Source of the DNA: Candidatus Fervidifonticultor sextus
GTDB taxonomy: Bacteria; Sysuimicrobiota; Sysuimicrobiia; Sysuimicrobiales; Humicultoraceae
Assembly: GCA_031459875.1 (NCBI GenBank)
Contig: JAVKHQ010000027.1
Span: 1-34,301, forward strand
Reading direction: 5' to 3'
DNA: 34,301 nt
The number at the start of each line of letters is the position of its first letter. Within the stretch, counting starts at the first letter, position 1. This document shows, in pieces, positions 10,001 to 18,723 of the stretch. The position numbers and the translations under genes were made by a program. The notes under the pieces are model-generated. The model saw only the letters and a list, made by a program, of their open reading frames with translations, was not told the origin of the DNA and did not search any database.

Positions 10001-10669
10001 CGGGCGATTGAGGAACACGCGGCGCTGACCGAGCGGCTGGAGGCCCTGCGGGCCCACGTGGACGATCTCCAGAGAGCCCAGGCGGCGCTGCGGGCAGCGA
10101 TCAAGCACATCAATGCGGCCCTGCGCGTGCGGTTCCGCCAGACGTTCGACCAGGTGAACCAGGAGTTCGGCCGCCTCTTCGTGGAGTTGTTCGAGGGCGG
10201 AGAAGGATCCCTGGAACTGGTGGAGGACGAGGCGGGCGGCGAGCCCGGGCTGGAGGTCATCGCCCAGTTGCCCGGCAAGAAGCGCCGGCCGCTGGTGGCG
10301 CTGTCCGGCGGCGAACGGGTGCTGGTGGCCCTCGCGCTCATCTTTGCCATGTTGCGGGTGCACCCCAGCCCGTTCTGCATCTTTGACGAGGTCGAAGCCG
10401 CCCTCGACGACGTCAACACGAAGCGGTTCACGACGCTGCTGCGCGAGCTGGCCCGGCAGACGCAGGTGATCATCATCACGCACAACAAGGGCACGATGGC
10501 CGCTGCCGACGTCCTCTATGGGGTCACGATGCAGGAGCCCGGCCTCTCGTCCATCGTGTCCGTCCGCCTGGTGCCGCCGTCCCCCAACGGCGAGCAGCCG
10601 CCGGATGACGGATCGCGGGCGCGGGCGGGCGCCCCGGCGGCTCAGACGGCGGCGCTGCCGGCCGAGTAG
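7037..10669 (+). CDS. smc: Chromosome segregation protein SMC
   Basis: Walker A GPNGSGKSN, long coiled coils with central hinge, LGAVNLRA, signature LSGGE, Walker B/D-loop DEVEAALD, ITH. GGAGGAG RBS. Adjacent to ftsY. Confidence 0.97.
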   Translation: MQLRRLELAGFKTFVDRTELEFHPGITAIVGPNGSGKSNIFDGIRWALGETNARLLRGLRMEDVIFSGSAHRRPLGMATVALTLDNSAGGLPVEFAEVTVSRTVTRGGEGAYAINGVDCRLRDVQMLFLGTGLGGRSYALIGQGEVDAVLRATPVERRHWLEEAAGLARHKRQRIEAERRLDHAQAYLDRLGDLLDELGRQQQALAVQAEAAARHRAYTTELRDLEVALFADEARRLLGATRRLAAQLAVEREQAAASERRAAEAAADVALVEAHLANATAAWEQGQQALLDGAEALRARAAEVQALDAQAEGLRGQLTHVEAELARLDEERAALAGDANALTAHLADAVRRHQAAADGLAVAEADLEQAAAVAREAEAHLGRQRDEAMEVVRTLAQTRSDLAALRGRAEVVAQSVEAAAQRVGALGQAAARLASEREAAARAAEAARAVLRAAEDALVAATSQVEARRADLTSARERVHTVELEVHRLRSRLVALEEAAAQFVGFEDGAREVLRAARTHPERFPGLRGALADLIVVPQEFQGAVAAALDRRLHCLVVERAAQLEHVVRFLTEEARAGGMLVAMDALPRGDPAARTSAPAVVARAAEVVGTDPDLRPVVDALIGDAVIVDDLPTAWELAAAGHPGRIVTRGGIVLAPDGVVSVAGPTNGEAAPLGRGQAIAGLQRALADAEARHLEAESAQADAARALAAAEAALRAARADREAAASACGEHEQHVGRLAAEAARLADEEAAASQDAQAATDSLRRLEAEIAQSQADLEYLEGALRDLEAQVATAEDEVRRTAGARDDMAEAVAARRLALVQAEGVVASLRERLSDRTAALSDLEARRAEVAATAHRLEADLAAIRARRDEAASACDRDAAAHTATRDEVERLAAERVRLREAMAGRQAEHAAAVEAARSAQAAVHKTELRAAQAEAELHAAAARLQEECGIGLEDAAARRLEGSREDARRRVEELRGALRDLGAVNLRAIEEHAALTERLEALRAHVDDLQRAQAALRAAIKHINAALRVRFRQTFDQVNQEFGRLFVELFEGGEGSLELVEDEAGGEPGLEVIAQLPGKKRRPLVALSGGERVLVALALIFAMLRVHPSPFCIFDEVEAALDDVNTKRFTTLLRELARQTQVIIITHNKGTMAAADVLYGVTMQEPGLSSIVSVRLVPPSPNGEQPPDDGSRARAGAPAAQTAALPAE

Positions 10670-10701
10670 GCCGGCAGCGCACAGGATGTGATCCCCGGGC
10701 C

Positions 10702-11610
10702 GTGACCCCTGAACCGTCGGGCTGGCTGGCCCGGCTGCGTACATCGCTGGCGCGCACCCGCGAGGCGTTCGCCGGGCGTCTCGACGGGTGGCTGGCCGCC
10801 CTGCCCGATGAGGCGTCCTTCGAGGCGCTGGAGGAGGCGCTCATCCGGGCGGATGTTGGCGCCGCGCTGGCCGCCGAGATCGTCGACCGCCTGCGCGGGG
10901 AGCCGTCGGCGCGCACGCCGGAGGACATCCGCGCCGCGCTGGCGCGCATCCTCCAGCAGATCCTAGGCCCTCCCCGCACCCTGCAGCTGGCCCCGCCGCC
11001 GGCAGTGGTCCTCATGCTGGGTGTCAACGGCTCTGGCAAAACCACCACGATCGGCAAACTCGCCCACCGCCTGCAGGCCGAGGGCCGGCGCGTCCTGCTG
11101 GCCGCGGCCGACACCTTCCGGGCCGCGGCCATCGAGCAGCTCGTCCTGTGGGGCGAGCGGGTCGGCGCGCCGGTGGTCCGCCACCAGGCCGGGGCCGATC
11201 CGGCGGCCGTGGTGTTCGACGCGGCGCAGGCCGCCGTCGCGCGGCGGGCCGACGTCCTGATCGTGGACACCGCCGGACGGCTCCACACGAAGGTCAACCT
11301 CATGGAGGAGCTCAAGAAGATCGACCGGGTCATCGCGCGGGCCCTGCCCGCCTCGCCTGTGGAGCGGCTGCTGGTGCTCGATGCCACCACCGGGCAGAAC
11401 GGTCTGGCGCAGGCCCGCCACTTCCACCGGGCCGTCGGCCTCACCGGTGCCGTGCTGGCCAAACTCGACGGCACGGCCAAGGGGGGCATCGTGGTGGCCG
11501 TGGCCCGCGAGTTGGCGATCCCGGTCGTCTTCGTGGGCACCGGGGAGGGCCCGGACGACTTGGTCCCCTTCGACCCCGCCGCGTTCACCGCCGCCCTCCT
11601 GGCCGCCTGA
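10702..11610 (+). CDS. ftsY: SRP receptor FtsY (NG domain only)
   Basis: GVNGSGKTT, DTFRAAA, DTAGR, KLDGTAKGG, GTGE. Confidence 0.97.
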   Translation: MTPEPSGWLARLRTSLARTREAFAGRLDGWLAALPDEASFEALEEALIRADVGAALAAEIVDRLRGEPSARTPEDIRAALARILQQILGPPRTLQLAPPPAVVLMLGVNGSGKTTTIGKLAHRLQAEGRRVLLAAADTFRAAAIEQLVLWGERVGAPVVRHQAGADPAAVVFDAAQAAVARRADVLIVDTAGRLHTKVNLMEELKKIDRVIARALPASPVERLLVLDATTGQNGLAQARHFHRAVGLTGAVLAKLDGTAKGGIVVAVARELAIPVVFVGTGEGPDDLVPFDPAAFTAALLAA

Positions 11611-11637
11611 CCGCCGCCCTCCGACGCTCCCCGGCCG

Positions 11638-11667
11638 TTGACGCCGCACCGCCTCCCCGTGTATGGT
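11638..11667 (+). promoter_or_regulatory. Probable sigma70-type promoter of the ylxM-ffh operon
   Basis: TTGACG-18 nt-TATGGT in an AT-richer intergenic patch. Confidence 0.55.
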
Positions 11668-11678
11668 AGAAAGAGTCT

Positions 11679-11698
11679 GTCAAGGATTATTCCTTGAC
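11679..11698. promoter_or_regulatory. Perfect inverted repeat GTCAAGGA-TTAT-TCCTTGAC, operator-like
   Basis: 8-bp arms with a 4-nt spacer, just downstream of the predicted -10 and upstream of the RBS. Confidence 0.6.
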
Positions 11699-11722
11699 GA
11701 TATGGTGATGACGGAGAGGCCG

Positions 11723-12637
11723 ATGGACCGCACGCTGGCCGACCGCGACCGCACCAACCGGCTGATGGACGCTTACGGGGCGCTGCTGACGGCCCGGCAG
11801 CAGCGGATGCTGCGGCAGTACTACCAGGACGACCTGTCCCTGGGCGAGATCGCCGGACAGATGCGGGTGTCGCGGCAGGCGGTCCACGACGGCCTGCGTC
11901 GGGCGCTCGCGGCCCTGGAGCGCTACGAGGCCGCCCTGCGCCTGGTGGATCGGCCCGATCGCCCCCCAAGGCCCGCCGCCCGGCCGCCCGGCGCCCGGGG
12001 CGGCGAGCACTACTTCGTCCCTGCACCCCGGTCGCGCCTGCGGTCCCGCGTGCTCCGGGTCACGCTGCGCGGCCGGCCCTGGACTTTCCAGACCGCCTCC
12101 GGCGTGTTCTCGCATCGTGCGCTGGATGCCGGTACGCGGCTTCTGGCCGAGAGGATGCGCGTCGGGCGCGCCGAGCGCGTCCTCGATATGGGCTGCGGCT
12201 ACGGGGTGATCGGACTGGTGGCGGCGGCGTTGGCCCCCCAGGCGGAGGTGTGGATGACCGACACCAACCAGCGCGCGGCGGCCCTGGCCCGGGCCAACGC
12301 CGCGCGGCACCACCTGGCCAACGTCCGCGTGGTGGTTGCCGATGCCGCCGGCCCGATCAGGGGTTGCTCCATGGATCTCGTGTTGACCAACCCGCCCATC
12401 CGGGCGGGCCGCCGCGTCGTGAGGACGTTCATCGAGGAGGCCTGGCGCGTGCTCCGCCCGGGAGGGCGATTCTACCTCGTGGCGCGCACCGCGCAGGGCG
12501 CCAGGACCCTGGCCCGGCTCATCGAGGAGCGGTTCGGCGGGATCCGACAGGTGGCGGTATCTGGCGGCTACCGTGTGTACGAGGCGACACGGAGCCAGCC
12601 AGCCGGCCGATCGTCCACGGAGGCGGCCGGTGTTTGA
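11723..12637 (+). CDS. Fusion: N-terminal YlxM-family HTH domain + C-terminal YbxB/RsmC-like class I SAM methyltransferase
   Basis: YlxM pattern LMDAYGALLT.RQ...YY.DDLSLGEIA...VSRQAV.D; Pro/Arg linker; then EHYF, SGVFS..LD.GTRLL, LDMGCGYG, TNPPIRAG. Single open frame. Start chosen after GGAGAGG. Confidence 0.88.
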   Translation: MDRTLADRDRTNRLMDAYGALLTARQQRMLRQYYQDDLSLGEIAGQMRVSRQAVHDGLRRALAALERYEAALRLVDRPDRPPRPAARPPGARGGEHYFVPAPRSRLRSRVLRVTLRGRPWTFQTASGVFSHRALDAGTRLLAERMRVGRAERVLDMGCGYGVIGLVAAALAPQAEVWMTDTNQRAAALARANAARHHLANVRVVVADAAGPIRGCSMDLVLTNPPIRAGRRVVRTFIEEAWRVLRPGGRFYLVARTAQGARTLARLIEERFGGIRQVAVSGGYRVYEATRSQPAGRSSTEAAGV

Positions 12638-13973
12638 AGGCCTGCAGGCGCGGCTGGGGGAGATCGTCCGGAAGCTCACTGGCCGGGGGACGCTGAGCGC
12701 CGAGGAGGTCGACGCCGCCCTCCGCGATGTGCGCCTGGCGCTCCTGGAGGCCGATGTCAACTTCAAGGTCGCCCGCGACCTCGTCGAGCGCATTCGCGCC
12801 GCGGCCGTCGGTCAGGAGGTCTGGAAGCACCTGAGCCCGGGCCAGCAGGTCGTCAAGATCGTCCACGAGGAGTTGACCCGGCTGCTCGGGGGCGCGGCGC
12901 GCGAGGTGCGCATGGCGAGCCGGCCTCCCACGGTGATCCTGCTGGTGGGCCTGCACGGCGTCGGCAAGACGACCACCGCGGGCAAACTCGCCGCGTGGTT
13001 CCGCCGGCGCGGCCGCCACCCGCTGCTCGTGGCTGCGGATCCCAAGCGGCCGGCGGCCGTCCGGCAACTCCAGGTGGTCGGCGGTCAGGTGGCTGTCCCG
13101 GTGTTCGCGCCCGGAGATAGGGTCCCGGGAGGACCGGAGGCGGCCGACCCGGTCGGGCTGGCTCAGGCCGCCCTGGGGTGGGCCGTCCGGGAGGGCTGCG
13201 ACGTGGTCGTCATCGACTCGGCCGGGCGATTGCACGTCGACGACGCCCTGATGGCGGAACTGGCGACGATGCATGGAGCGCTGCGCCCCCACGAGACGCT
13301 GCTGGTCCTGGATGCCATGGCCGGTCAGGACGCCGTGCGGTCTGCGGAGCAGTTCGCCGCGCGCCTGCCGCTGGACGGGTTCATCCTCACGAAAGTGGAC
13401 GGCGACGCGCGGGGCGGGGCGGCGCTCTCGGTGGTCGCGGTGACCGGCAAGCCCATCCTGTTCCTCGGGGTCGGCGAGCGGCCCGACGCGCTGGAGCCCT
13501 TTCACCCCGACCGGATGGCGTCCCGCATCCTGGGGATGGGCGATGTCCTCTCGCTCATCGAGCGGGCGGAAGCCGCCACCACCGCGGAGCGGGCCGCCGA
13601 ACTGGCGCGCAAACTCCGGCGGAACCAGTTCACGCTCGCCGATTTCCTGGAGCAGTTGCGCCAGGTCCGGCAGATGGGGCCGCTGGACCAGCTCCTGGAC
13701 ATGCTCCCGGGGTTCTCGCGCGCGAGGCTGTCGGGGATCACCGTGGACGAGGGCCAGCTCAAGCGGATCGAGGCGATGATTCAATCCATGACGCCGCAGG
13801 AGCGCGCGCACCCGGCCATCATTGACGGCAGCCGGCGGCGCCGGATCGCGCGCGGCAGCGGCACTGCGGTCCAGGACGTGAACCGGCTGTTGAAGCAGTT
13901 CGAGCAGGTCCGCCGCCTCATGCGTCAGGCCGAGGAGCACGGGCGCGGGGGACCATTTCGACTGGGGAGGTAG
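12630..13973 (+). CDS. ffh: Signal recognition particle protein Ffh
   Basis: ALLEADVNFKV, GxxGxGKTT, TKVDGDARGGAALS, FHPDRMASRILGMGD, M-domain SMTPQER...SRRRRIARGSG. GTG start after GGAGG. Confidence 0.97.
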   Translation: MFEGLQARLGEIVRKLTGRGTLSAEEVDAALRDVRLALLEADVNFKVARDLVERIRAAAVGQEVWKHLSPGQQVVKIVHEELTRLLGGAAREVRMASRPPTVILLVGLHGVGKTTTAGKLAAWFRRRGRHPLLVAADPKRPAAVRQLQVVGGQVAVPVFAPGDRVPGGPEAADPVGLAQAALGWAVREGCDVVVIDSAGRLHVDDALMAELATMHGALRPHETLLVLDAMAGQDAVRSAEQFAARLPLDGFILTKVDGDARGGAALSVVAVTGKPILFLGVGERPDALEPFHPDRMASRILGMGDVLSLIERAEAATTAERAAELARKLRRNQFTLADFLEQLRQVRQMGPLDQLLDMLPGFSRARLSGITVDEGQLKRIEAMIQSMTPQERAHPAIIDGSRRRRIARGSGTAVQDVNRLLKQFEQVRRLMRQAEEHGRGGPFRLGR

Positions 13974-13976
13974 GGG

Positions 13977-14249
13977 ATGGCCGTCAAGATTCGACTCATG
14001 CGAATGGGGGCCAAGCACCAGCCCTTCTACCGGGTGGTGGTGGCGGACGCGCGCGCCCCGCGCGGAGGCCGGTACCTGGAGGCCATCGGGATCTACAATC
14101 CGCGGCGCGAGCCGTCGCTGATCCAGATCGACGAGGCGAAGGCGCGGACCTGGCTGCAGCGGGGCGCGCGGCCCTCGGAGGCCGCACGCGTGCTGCTGGA
14201 GAAGACCGGGATTCTCCAGCGCTGGGAAGCCAGCCGCGGCGGTTCCTAG
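13977..14249 (+). CDS. rpsP: 30S ribosomal protein S16
   Basis: [26 protein letters not shown] signature. Confidence 0.98.
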   Translation: MAVKIRLMRMGAKHQPFYRVVVADARAPRGGRYLEAIGIYNPRREPSLIQIDEAKARTWLQRGARPSEAARVLLEKTGILQRWEASRGGS

Positions 14250-14262
14250 TTCCGGCGATCCG

Positions 14263-14508
14263 ATGCCGCCGGCCGACCTGCGGGCGCTGGTGGAGTTCGT
14301 GACCCGGGGGCTGGTGGACCACCCGGAGGCGGTCAGCGTGCGTACCGTCGACCACGACCGGATGACCGTGATCGAGATCCGGGTGGCGCCCGAGGAGGTC
14401 GGCAAGGTCATCGGCCGGCGGGGCCGGATCATCGGCGCCATCCGCACGCTGGTCAAGGCCGCCGTCGTGCGCAGCGGCCGGCGCGTGGTGGTGGAGATCG
14501 TCGGTTAG
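14263..14508 (+). CDS. khpA: KH-domain RNA-binding protein KhpA (YlqC)
   Basis: LVDHPEAV, GKVIGRRGR (GxxG), AIRTLV; position after rpsP. Confidence 0.93.
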   Translation: MPPADLRALVEFVTRGLVDHPEAVSVRTVDHDRMTVIEIRVAPEEVGKVIGRRGRIIGAIRTLVKAAVVRSGRRVVVEIVG

Positions 14509-14510
14509 TC

Positions 14511-14939
14511 ATGTCGAACATGCTGGAGGCCCAGATGGGGATCACAGTCGTTCGGCCGGTGGTGGTGAAGGCCATCGTGACCGAGACTTTCAAGAAGCAG
14601 TACCTGGCCGAACTGGAGGACACGGTGAAGCGGCTGGACGCGGTCATCGCACAGATCGACGTCCAGATCCGCCGCGCCGAACTGGAACGACAGGTCAGCC
14701 CGCAGGTGCGCGCCTTCCGCCAGCAACTGGAGGTGGAGCGGTCGCGGCAGGAGGCGGCGCGCATGGAACTGCAGGCGCGGATCAAGGAAGCCGAAGCCCT
14801 GGAACTCAACTCCGAGTTCTCCCAGGGGACCATCGAGGGCCTAGTCGACCTCAGCGTCGGCGACAACTTCTTCGTGCGGCTGGCGCGGACCGAGGTGGTC
14901 ATCAAGGATGGCATCGTCATCGAGATCCGCGAGGGCTAG
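14511..14939 (+). CDS. ylqD: YlqD family protein
   Basis: RPVVVKAIVTE start, coiled coil, VGDN...EVVIKDGIVIEIR end; position between khpA and rimM. Confidence 0.88.
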   Translation: MSNMLEAQMGITVVRPVVVKAIVTETFKKQYLAELEDTVKRLDAVIAQIDVQIRRAELERQVSPQVRAFRQQLEVERSRQEAARMELQARIKEAEALELNSEFSQGTIEGLVDLSVGDNFFVRLARTEVVIKDGIVIEIREG

Positions 14940-15498
14940 GGCCCCGCGCGCCTCGGCCGGCCGGGCCGCAGGGTGCCCGGCAGATCTGGTCACGGTCGGG
15001 CGCGTGGCCGCCCCCCACGGGTTGCGGGGCGAGGTGCGGGTGGCCCTGGAGACCGACTTCCCGCAGCGGTTCGCGGGGTTGCGCGCGGCCTACCTGGTAC
15101 AGGGCGGCCGCGCAGAGCCCGTGGAGATCACGGGGTCGCGTCCCCACCGGGGCGGGGTCCTGCTGCGCATCCGCGGAATCGACGACCCGGAGGCGGCGGG
15201 CCGCCTGCGGGGAGCCGCGATCGCGGTGCCGCGCAAGGCCCTGGTGCCCCTCGGCCCCGACGAGTTCTACGTGTTCGAGGTGGTGGGCCTGCGGGCGGTG
15301 GCCGAGGACGGCCGGCCGCTGGGCACCGTGGACGCCGTGATGCGGGGGCCGGCCCACGACGTCTACGTGATCCGGGGCGACGCCAACGAGGTGCTGGTGC
15401 CGGCCGTGCGCCAGGTCGTGCGCCGGATCGACCTGGAGCGGCGTGAGATGGTGGTGGCGCTGCCGCACGGGCTCGGAGATGCGCGCCATGCGCATTGA
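14908..15498 (+). CDS. rimM: Ribosome maturation factor RimM
   Basis: VGRVAAPHGLRGEV, DEFY..EVVG, AHDVYV, VLVPAV. Start uncertain; the only in-frame ATG overlaps the end of ylqD. Confidence 0.93.
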   Translation: MASSSRSARARAPRASAGRAAGCPADLVTVGRVAAPHGLRGEVRVALETDFPQRFAGLRAAYLVQGGRAEPVEITGSRPHRGGVLLRIRGIDDPEAAGRLRGAAIAVPRKALVPLGPDEFYVFEVVGLRAVAEDGRPLGTVDAVMRGPAHDVYVIRGDANEVLVPAVRQVVRRIDLERREMVVALPHGLGDARHAH

Positions 15499-16213
15499 CA
15501 TCGTCTCGATCTTCCCCGAGGCGCTGGCGGCCCTGGACGTCTCGATCCTCGGCCGGGCCCGGGAGCGGGGGCTGGTGGAGATCGTGGTGTGGAACTTGCG
15601 GGACTTCGCCCCCGACCGGCACCGCCAGGTCGACGACGTCCCCTACGGGGGCGGGCCCGGGATGGTGATGAAGCCCGAGCCGTTCTTCGCCGCCGTGGAG
15701 GCCATCGCTCCGCCGGGCGGAGACCGGCCGCGCATCCTGCTGACCTCGCCGCAGGGGCGGCGGTTCGACCAGCGCATGGCAGAGGAGCTCGCGCGCGAAC
15801 GCCGCCTGCTGATCCTCTGCGGCCGGTACGAGGGCGTCGACGAGCGGGTGGCCATCGGGCTGGGCGCCGAGGAGGTGTCCATCGGCGACTACATCCTGAC
15901 CGGCGGCGAGCTGGCCGCGATGGTCATCGTGGACGCCACGGTCCGGCTGCTGCCCGGGGTGGTGGGCGAGGCCCGGTCGGTGCAGGAGGAGTCGTTCGCG
16001 GCGGGGCTGCTGGACTACCCGCACTACACGCGGCCGGCGGAGTTCCGCGGGATGCGCGTGCCCGAGGTGCTGCTGTCAGGGCATCATGAGCAGATCCGGC
16101 GGTGGCGGCGGCGCGAGCAGCTCCGGCGCACGCTGGCGCGCCGGCCCGACCTGATCGCCTGGGACCGGCTGACCGACGAGGATCGGGCGCTGCTGGCGGG
16201 AGACGTGCCCTGA
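15488..16213 (+). CDS. trmD: tRNA (guanine37-N1)-methyltransferase
   Basis: VDDVPYGGGPGM, CGRYEGVDER, SIGDYILTGGE, YTRP, LLSGHH. Confidence 0.98.
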   Translation: MRIDIVSIFPEALAALDVSILGRARERGLVEIVVWNLRDFAPDRHRQVDDVPYGGGPGMVMKPEPFFAAVEAIAPPGGDRPRILLTSPQGRRFDQRMAEELARERRLLILCGRYEGVDERVAIGLGAEEVSIGDYILTGGELAAMVIVDATVRLLPGVVGEARSVQEESFAAGLLDYPHYTRPAEFRGMRVPEVLLSGHHEQIRRWRRREQLRRTLARRPDLIAWDRLTDEDRALLAGDVP

Positions 16214-16241
16214 CCGACGCGTCGGCGTCCGCCGGGAACTG

Positions 16242-16250
16242 TGCTACAAT
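16242..16250 (+). promoter_or_regulatory. Extended -10 element upstream of rplS
   Basis: TG-C-TACAAT about 58 nt before the rplS start. Confidence 0.55.
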
Positions 16251-16307
16251 TCCGAATCGTGACTGCGGCGCTGCGACAGGATGCCGGTTGACGGGAGGCG
16301 AGCACGC

Positions 16308-16649
16308 ATGGACAAGATAAAGCTGGTGGAGGCGGCGCAGCGCAAGAAGGCGGGGCCGGACTTCGCGCCGGGGGACACGGTCCGGGTGCACATCAAGGTC
16401 ATCGAGGGCGGACGCGAGCGGGTGCAGGCGTTCGAGGGCACGGTGATCGCACGCCGGGGGGCCGGAATGGGCGAGACGTTCACGGTCCGCCGCATCAGCC
16501 ACGGGGTCGGGGTCGAGCGGATCTTTCCTGTGCACTCCCCGCGCCTGGAGCGCATCGACGTCATCCGCCGCGGCCGCGTGCGGCGGGCCAAACTGCACTA
16601 CCTCCGGGGCAAGATCGGCAAGGACGCCCGGATCAGGGAAGAGCGGTAG
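16308..16649 (+). CDS. rplS: 50S ribosomal protein L19
   Basis: [44 protein letters not shown]. Confidence 0.98.
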   Translation: MDKIKLVEAAQRKKAGPDFAPGDTVRVHIKVIEGGRERVQAFEGTVIARRGAGMGETFTVRRISHGVGVERIFPVHSPRLERIDVIRRGRVRRAKLHYLRGKIGKDARIREER

Positions 16650-16667
16650 TCGACCGTCACGGACACG

Positions 16668-17321
<654 letters not shown>

Positions 17322-17331
17322 GCGCCGCCCC

Positions 17332-18135
17332 ATGACCCGCTCTGCGGGCCGGCCCACGCTCGCCGCCCTCGCGGACGTCCTGCGCGAAGGCACCTTCGAC
17401 CCGACCGTCTTCGCCGCCGATCCGCGGGCTGGCGCCCGGGCCCTGGCGGCGCGCTGGGTGCGGCGGCAGGCCCGGGTCGAGGCCGAGCGGCGCCGCGTGG
17501 CCGGCCTGTTCGCGCCGGAACGCGACGCCTGGGCCGCAGGGCACACGGCCGTGGCCGGCGTTGACGAGGTCGGCCGCGGTCCCATCGCGGGCCCGGTGGT
17601 GGCCGCGGCGGTCGTCTTCCGCGCCGAGTGTTTCATCCCGGCCCTGCGCGATTCGAAGCAGCTGCGGCCGGCCGACCGGGAGGCGGTCTACCAGGCGATC
17701 CTGGGCCAGGGCGCCTCGGTCGGCATCGGCGCAGCCGAGGTCTGGGAGATCGACCGTCTCAACATCCTGGGCGCCACCCGGCTGGCGTGGGTCCGGGCGC
17801 TGGCCGCGCTCCCGCAGCCTCCGTCGTTCGTCCTGCTCGACGGCAACATTCCGGCACCGGTGCCCATCCCCCAGCGCACGATCGTCCACGGCGACGCGCG
17901 GTGCGCCTCAATTGCGGCGGCGTCGGTGGTCGCCAAGGTCACCCGTGACCGCCTGATGGTCGCCCTGGACGCGCAGTATCCCGACTACGGGTTCGCCCGG
18001 CACAAGGGGTACCGGACCGCCGACCACCTGCGGGCGCTGCGGCGCCATGGCCCCTCCCCGGTGCACCGCACCCGGTACCTCCCCGACGACCTCCTCCAGC
18101 GCCCGCTGGCGCCGGGATGGGGGGCGCACGAGTGA
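17332..18135 (+). CDS. rnhB: Ribonuclease HII
   Basis: GVDEVGRGPIAGPV, DSK, LLDG, IAAASVVAKVTRD, HKGY. Confidence 0.97.
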   Translation: MTRSAGRPTLAALADVLREGTFDPTVFAADPRAGARALAARWVRRQARVEAERRRVAGLFAPERDAWAAGHTAVAGVDEVGRGPIAGPVVAAAVVFRAECFIPALRDSKQLRPADREAVYQAILGQGASVGIGAAEVWEIDRLNILGATRLAWVRALAALPQPPSFVLLDGNIPAPVPIPQRTIVHGDARCASIAAASVVAKVTRDRLMVALDAQYPDYGFARHKGYRTADHLRALRRHGPSPVHRTRYLPDDLLQRPLAPGWGAHE

Positions 18136-18266
18136 TCGTGAACATGAGGTGCCAGGGGCAGCGTCCAGGACCCGGACGCGAAGATCTGCTCGAGTCGGTG
18201 GCCTCCCGTCGGCGCTGCGCGACGCCCTGCAACGCCGTGGCCCGGCGGCCGATCATGCAGGGTGGG

Positions 18267-18662
18267 ATGGGACAGGCCTGGCGGGGCCATGACACCTCGC
18301 GCGCCGATCTCGGGGCGGCGGGCGAAGAAGCGGCCGCCGCGTGGCTCCAGACCCATGGCTATGAAATCCTGGACCGCAACGCCCGTTCGCGCTACGGCGA
18401 GATCGACCTGGTCGCCCGCATCGGGGGTGTGGTCGTCTTCCTGGAGGTGAAGAGCCGGACCAGCGCCCGCTTCGGCCATCCCGCGGAAGCCATCGTGGCG
18501 CGCAAGCAGCGGCGGCTGCTGCGGCTGGCTGAAGCGTACCTCCACAGCCGCCATCTGGAAGGGTGCGCGGTCCGGTTCGACGCGGTGGCGGTGCACCTCG
18601 ATGCGACCGGCAGGACGGTGGAGATCGAGCACATTCCTGATGCCTTTCGCGCGGGCGGGTGA
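18267..18662 (+). CDS. yraN: YraN / UPF0102 family protein
   Basis: LG..GE..AA, GEIDLV, FLEVKSR, RFD. Start uncertain (GTG 18132 overlapping the rnhB stop, ATG 18255 or ATG 18267). Confidence 0.92.
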   Translation: MGQAWRGHDTSRADLGAAGEEAAAAWLQTHGYEILDRNARSRYGEIDLVARIGGVVVFLEVKSRTSARFGHPAEAIVARKQRRLLRLAEAYLHSRHLEGCAVRFDAVAVHLDATGRTVEIEHIPDAFRAGG

Positions 18663-18723
18663 CGCCCGCGTCTCTCATCGGGGCCGGAGCGGTATCGGGA
18701 CGTGTGTCTGGTCGTGGGCGACC

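Noticed and set aside
7745..10744. 999-aa minus-strand ORF, and similar long antisense ORFs (5432-7681, 12519-14456, 19444-21030, 30808-32343, 33481-34299)
   Set aside because: They shadow well-supported genes on the opposite strand, have no recognisable motifs, and are expected from stop-codon scarcity in high-GC DNA.
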